From positions 192,001 to 256,000 of the forward strand of contig CAVPOM010000009.1 of assembly GCA_963707025.1 (NCBI GenBank): 64,000 bases of DNA, read 5' to 3'. Made by a program: the position numbers and the translations under genes. Shown piece after piece: positions 60,995-64,000 of the stretch. Each line of letters begins with the position of its first letter. Position 1 is the first letter of the stretch. Under the pieces are notes generated by a model that ran no database searches, was not told the DNA's origin, and saw nothing but the letters and a program-made list of their open reading frames with translations. The stretch comes from an uncultured Verrucomicrobiae bacterium. Its GTDB lineage: Bacteria > Verrucomicrobiota > Verrucomicrobiia > Limisphaerales > Palsa-1400.

Positions 60995-61873
60995 GTGCCG
61001 CGTGTGGAGGAGTTGTTGACGGGGCCGGGGGACAATGAGCCGCAGCCTTATGACGGGGAGACGGCCATCAAACTTTACTTGCGGGAAATCGGCCAGGTCA
61101 AGCTGCTGACCCCGCAGGAGGAGATTGAACTGGCCGCGCGCATCAAAAGGGGTGACAAGAAGGCGCGGGAGCAAATGATCAAGGCCAATCTGCGGCTGGT
61201 GGTCAAAATCGCCCATGATTACGAGAACTTCGGGCTGCCCTTGCTCGATTTAATCAGCGAGGGGAACATCGGGCTGATGAAGGCGGTGGAACGGTTTGAC
61301 CCGGCCAAAGGCGGCAAACTCTCCACCTACGGCTCCTGGTGGATCAAGCAATCCATCAAGCGCGCCCTGGCCAATCAATCCAAAACCATCCGCCTGCCCG
61401 TGCATCTGGTGGATAAGATTTCGCGCATGCGCAAAACGGCCTTGAAGCTGCAGGAGATTTTCGGGCGCGAACCGACCGACGAGGAATTGGCCGACGAAAT
61501 GGGCATGTCCGTTTCCCGGGTGGCGCAGATGCGCACCGCGGCCATCCGTCCCGCTTCGCTGGACGCGCCCATCGGGGATGATGACACCAACAGCTTTGCC
61601 GAAGTGGTCCAGGACGAAGCAGCCGACACGCCCTACGAACATCTGGAGGAGAAAACCGTCACCGGCATGTTGCAGGAGATGATCAAGACCCTGGACGAGC
61701 GCGAATCCACCATCCTGCGCTACCGTTTCGGCCTGGATGGCGGCAGCGAAAAAACCCTGGAAGAAGTGGGGGAGAGATTTGGCGTGACCCGCGAGCGGGT
61801 GCGGCAAATCCAGAACATCGCCCTGATCAAGCTGCGGAAAATGATCGAGAAACTTGAGGCTGTCAAAACTTAG
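60995..61873 (+). CDS. Sigma-70 family factor, RpoD/RpoS-like lacking region 1.1
   Basis: LYLREIG, ANLRLVV, DLISEGNIGLMKAVERFD, STYGSWWIKQSI, TRERVRQI; GTG 60995 has GGAGG, alternatively ATG 60867 with a frameshift. Confidence 0.9.
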   Translation: MPRVEELLTGPGDNEPQPYDGETAIKLYLREIGQVKLLTPQEEIELAARIKRGDKKAREQMIKANLRLVVKIAHDYENFGLPLLDLISEGNIGLMKAVERFDPAKGGKLSTYGSWWIKQSIKRALANQSKTIRLPVHLVDKISRMRKTALKLQEIFGREPTDEELADEMGMSVSRVAQMRTAAIRPASLDAPIGDDDTNSFAEVVQDEAADTPYEHLEEKTVTGMLQEMIKTLDERESTILRYRFGLDGGSEKTLEEVGERFGVTRERVRQIQNIALIKLRKMIEKLEAVKT

Positions 61874-61896
61874 CCGGTTTGCTAGACTGTCGGGGC

Positions 61897-62433
61897 ATGA
61901 CAACCCGCCTTGCCACCGTGGAAGAATTGGCCCGCGCCATTCGCGACGTGCCGGACTTTCCCAAGCCCGGCATCCTCTTCAAAGACATCACCCCCGTCCT
62001 GGGCGATGCCCGCCTTTTCGCCAGCTCGATTGAGAGGCTGACCGAACATTTCCAGCCCGGCCAGGTGGACGCGGTTGTGGGGATTGACGCCCGCGGCTTT
62101 ATTTTTGCGGCCGCCGCGGCCTTCCGGCTGCAATGCGCTTTCGTCCCCGTGCGCAAAAAAGGCAAGCTGCCTTACGCGGCTTACGAGGAAAGCTACGAAT
62201 TGGAATACGGCTCCAACACCATCGCCATCCACACCGATGCGGTGCGGGCGGGCAGCCGGGTGGTGTTGGTGGACGATTTGCTGGCCACGGGCGGGACGGC
62301 GGCGGCGGCGGCCAAACTGCTGCGGCGGCTGGGGGCGAACATTTTGGAAATCACCTTCCTGATCGAGCTGAGTTTTCTGAAAGGCCGCGAGAAATTGCAG
62401 GGCTTCCCGGTGCGCTCGCTTGTTGTGTACTAA
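61897..62433 (+). CDS. apt: Adenine phosphoribosyltransferase
   Basis: DFPKPGILFKDIT, DARGF, RKKGKLP, LEYG, VDDLLATGGT. Confidence 0.96.
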   Translation: MTTRLATVEELARAIRDVPDFPKPGILFKDITPVLGDARLFASSIERLTEHFQPGQVDAVVGIDARGFIFAAAAAFRLQCAFVPVRKKGKLPYAAYEESYELEYGSNTIAIHTDAVRAGSRVVLVDDLLATGGTAAAAAKLLRRLGANILEITFLIELSFLKGREKLQGFPVRSLVVY

Positions 62434-62436
62434 CTG

Positions 62437-64000
62437 ATGATTGACTGGCTCCAGTCGGGGGATGACGCGCTCTTCCGGTTTATCAATCACACGTTGCGCA
62501 ACGGGGTGTTGGACGCCCTCATGCCGCTGGCCAGCAACACGCCTGGTTTTGTCCCCATCGTCCTGCTCGTGCTCGCGGCGCTGATTTGGAAGGGGGGCGC
62601 GCGCGGGCGCATCTGTGCCGCGATGCTGGTCCTGGGATTGTGCGTGGGCGACTGGGTGGTGGCCGACGCGATCAAACACGGGGTGGCGCGTCTCCGGCCC
62701 TTTAACCGCTTCCCGGACGCCCATGTGCTTGGCGGGATGACCGGCAGTTACAGCATGCCTTCCTCTCATGCCTTGAATTGGTTTGCGGCAACGATCATCG
62801 CGTTCCTTTTTTATCGGAAGAGCATTTATTACATGCTGCCCCTGGCGGTGCTCGTGAGCTTCTCGCGCATTTACAACGGGGTCCATTATCCCAGCGACGT
62901 GCTGGCCGGCGCGGTCATCGGAGCCGGTTGTGGCGCCGCGGTCGTCTGGTCGGCCAACGCCCTCTGGCAATGGGCCGGCCGCCGCTGGTTCCCGCTCTGG
63001 CAGGCCCGGCTTCCTTCGCTCATGCAACCGGTCCCGCGAACTCCCGCCGCCATGGCTCGGTCGTTGACGGCAGGGCAAGACACCGTCGAGCCGGAACTCG
63101 ATTTCTTGGGAAAAAGTCACGGCTCGACAGCGTCTCGCCCTGCCGTCACTTACGCATTGCCTCCCTCCTCCGTTCTCCCTCCCGCCTCCTCGGCTGACCA
63201 ACACTGGCTCAACCTGGGCTATGTCCTGACCGCCCTCCTCCTGCTCCTCCGTCTGGCCTATTTGGCCGGGGGAAGAATCGAGTTGAGCGAGGACGAGGCC
63301 TATCAATGGATTTGGTCCAAACACCTGGCGCTTTCCTATTACAGCAAGCCGCTGCTGATCGCCTGCGTGCAGTTCCTCGGCACCCATCTGTGGGGCGACA
63401 ATGAGTTTGGCGTCCGTTTCTTCTCGCCGGTGATTTCGGCGGGGTTGTCGCTGTTGCTGCTGCGGTTTATGGCGCGGGCAGTCAACGGGCGGACGGCATT
63501 TTTCGTCATGGCCATTCTCAACGTCACGCCGCTCATCGCCCTGGGTTCCATGGTGATGACGATTGATCCGTTGTCGGTCTTGTTTTGGACGGCGGCGATG
63601 GTGGCGGGCTGGGGCGCCGTCCAGCCGGGAGGGACAACCCGGCAATGGCTGTGGGTGGGACTGTGGATGGGCCTGGGTTCGCTGGGCAAATACACCAACC
63701 TGTTCCAGTGGGTCTGCTGGGGTGTCTTTTTCGCGGCCTGGCCGCCGGCGCGGGCGCATCTGCGCCGGCGCGGACCGTGGCTGGCCTTGCTGATCGCGGC
63801 CTTTTGCCTGCTGCCCATCGTGATTTGGAACGCGCAACACGATTGGATCACGATTGAGCATGTGAAGAGCGACGGCCGTTTGGGGCAGCCGTGGGAGCGC
63901 ACTTTCACGGTGGATTTTTTATTGACAGAATCGCTGGTGTTGCATCCGGTCTTTTTCTTGGGCGCGCTCTGGGCGGCGGCGGCGTTTTGGCGGGGGAAAC
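62437..64000 (+). CDS. PAP2 phosphatase fused to GT39/ArnT-like glycosyltransferase (runs off window; not in ORF track)
   Basis: Hand translation: KHGVARLRP, PSSH, SRIYNGVHYPSD; then DEAYQWIWSKHLALSYYSKP, GKYT. Confidence 0.88.
   Translation, partial: MIDWLQSGDDALFRFINHTLRNGVLDALMPLASNTPGFVPIVLLVLAALIWKGGARGRICAAMLVLGLCVGDWVVADAIKHGVARLRPFNRFPDAHVLGGMTGSYSMPSSHALNWFAATIIAFLFYRKSIYYMLPLAVLVSFSRIYNGVHYPSDVLAGAVIGAGCGAAVVWSANALWQWAGRRWFPLWQARLPSLMQPVPRTPAAMARSLTAGQDTVEPELDFLGKSHGSTASRPAVTYALPPSSVLPPASSADQHWLNLGYVLTALLLLLRLAYLAGGRIELSEDEAYQWIWSKHLALSYYSKPLLIACVQFLGTHLWGDNEFGVRFFSPVISAGLSLLLLRFMARAVNGRTAFFVMAILNVTPLIALGSMVMTIDPLSVLFWTAAMVAGWGAVQPGGTTRQWLWVGLWMGLGSLGKYTNLFQWVCWGVFFAAWPPARAHLRRRGPWLALLIAAFCLLPIVIWNAQHDWITIEHVKSDGRLGQPWERTFTVDFLLTESLVLHPVFFLGALWAAAAFWRGK

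Noticed and set aside
60995..61873. Sigma factor as sigB output of the stressosome
   Set aside because: Has region 1.2 and RpoD/RpoS-type motifs, lies 54 kb away and has no rsbV/rsbW neighbours

Overview
GC-rich bacterial chromosome segment, most likely Verrucomicrobiota (inferred from the PSD1/planctomycete cytochrome c + DUF1501 pair, a DUF1559 prepilin-type gene and lineage-typical C-terminal domains and repeats). In order: REP/MITE debris and a secreted serpin; a complete stressosome operon (rsbRSTX) whose output gene is an RsbU-N-terminal-domain/NarX-type histidine kinase fusion plus a NarL-type regulator, with no rsbV/rsbW/sigB; a convergent four-gene phosphorelay; tRNA-Leu(CAG) with integrase debris; a DUF1553/DUF1501/NHL operon; a second four-gene phosphorelay (kinase split by an in-frame TAG) followed by small genes that share a thrice-repeated 48-bp operator-like motif (a radical-SAM-fold protein lacking two of its three cluster cysteines, DUF2934 proteins, a pseudo-receiver); a class III PHA cluster (phaB, phaR, phasin, phaA, phaE, phaC) with PhaR-like boxes; metabolic and secreted enzymes; a sigma-28 flagellar filament locus (fliC, fliD, flgM-like, fliS) with a CsrA-like leader hairpin; lepB; a kinase/degenerate HD-GYP pair; IS4- and IS630-family elements; a sigma-70 factor, apt and a PAP2-GT39 fusion running off the end. 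Best candidates for an undescribed system: the sigmaB-independent stressosome-to-two-component module with its shared operator, and the 48-bp-motif regulon with the Cys-less radical SAM protein. At least six single-base frameshifts at short homopolymers suggest assembly indel errors, so pseudogene and phase-variation readings need read-level checking. All family calls are from motif recognition, not database searches.
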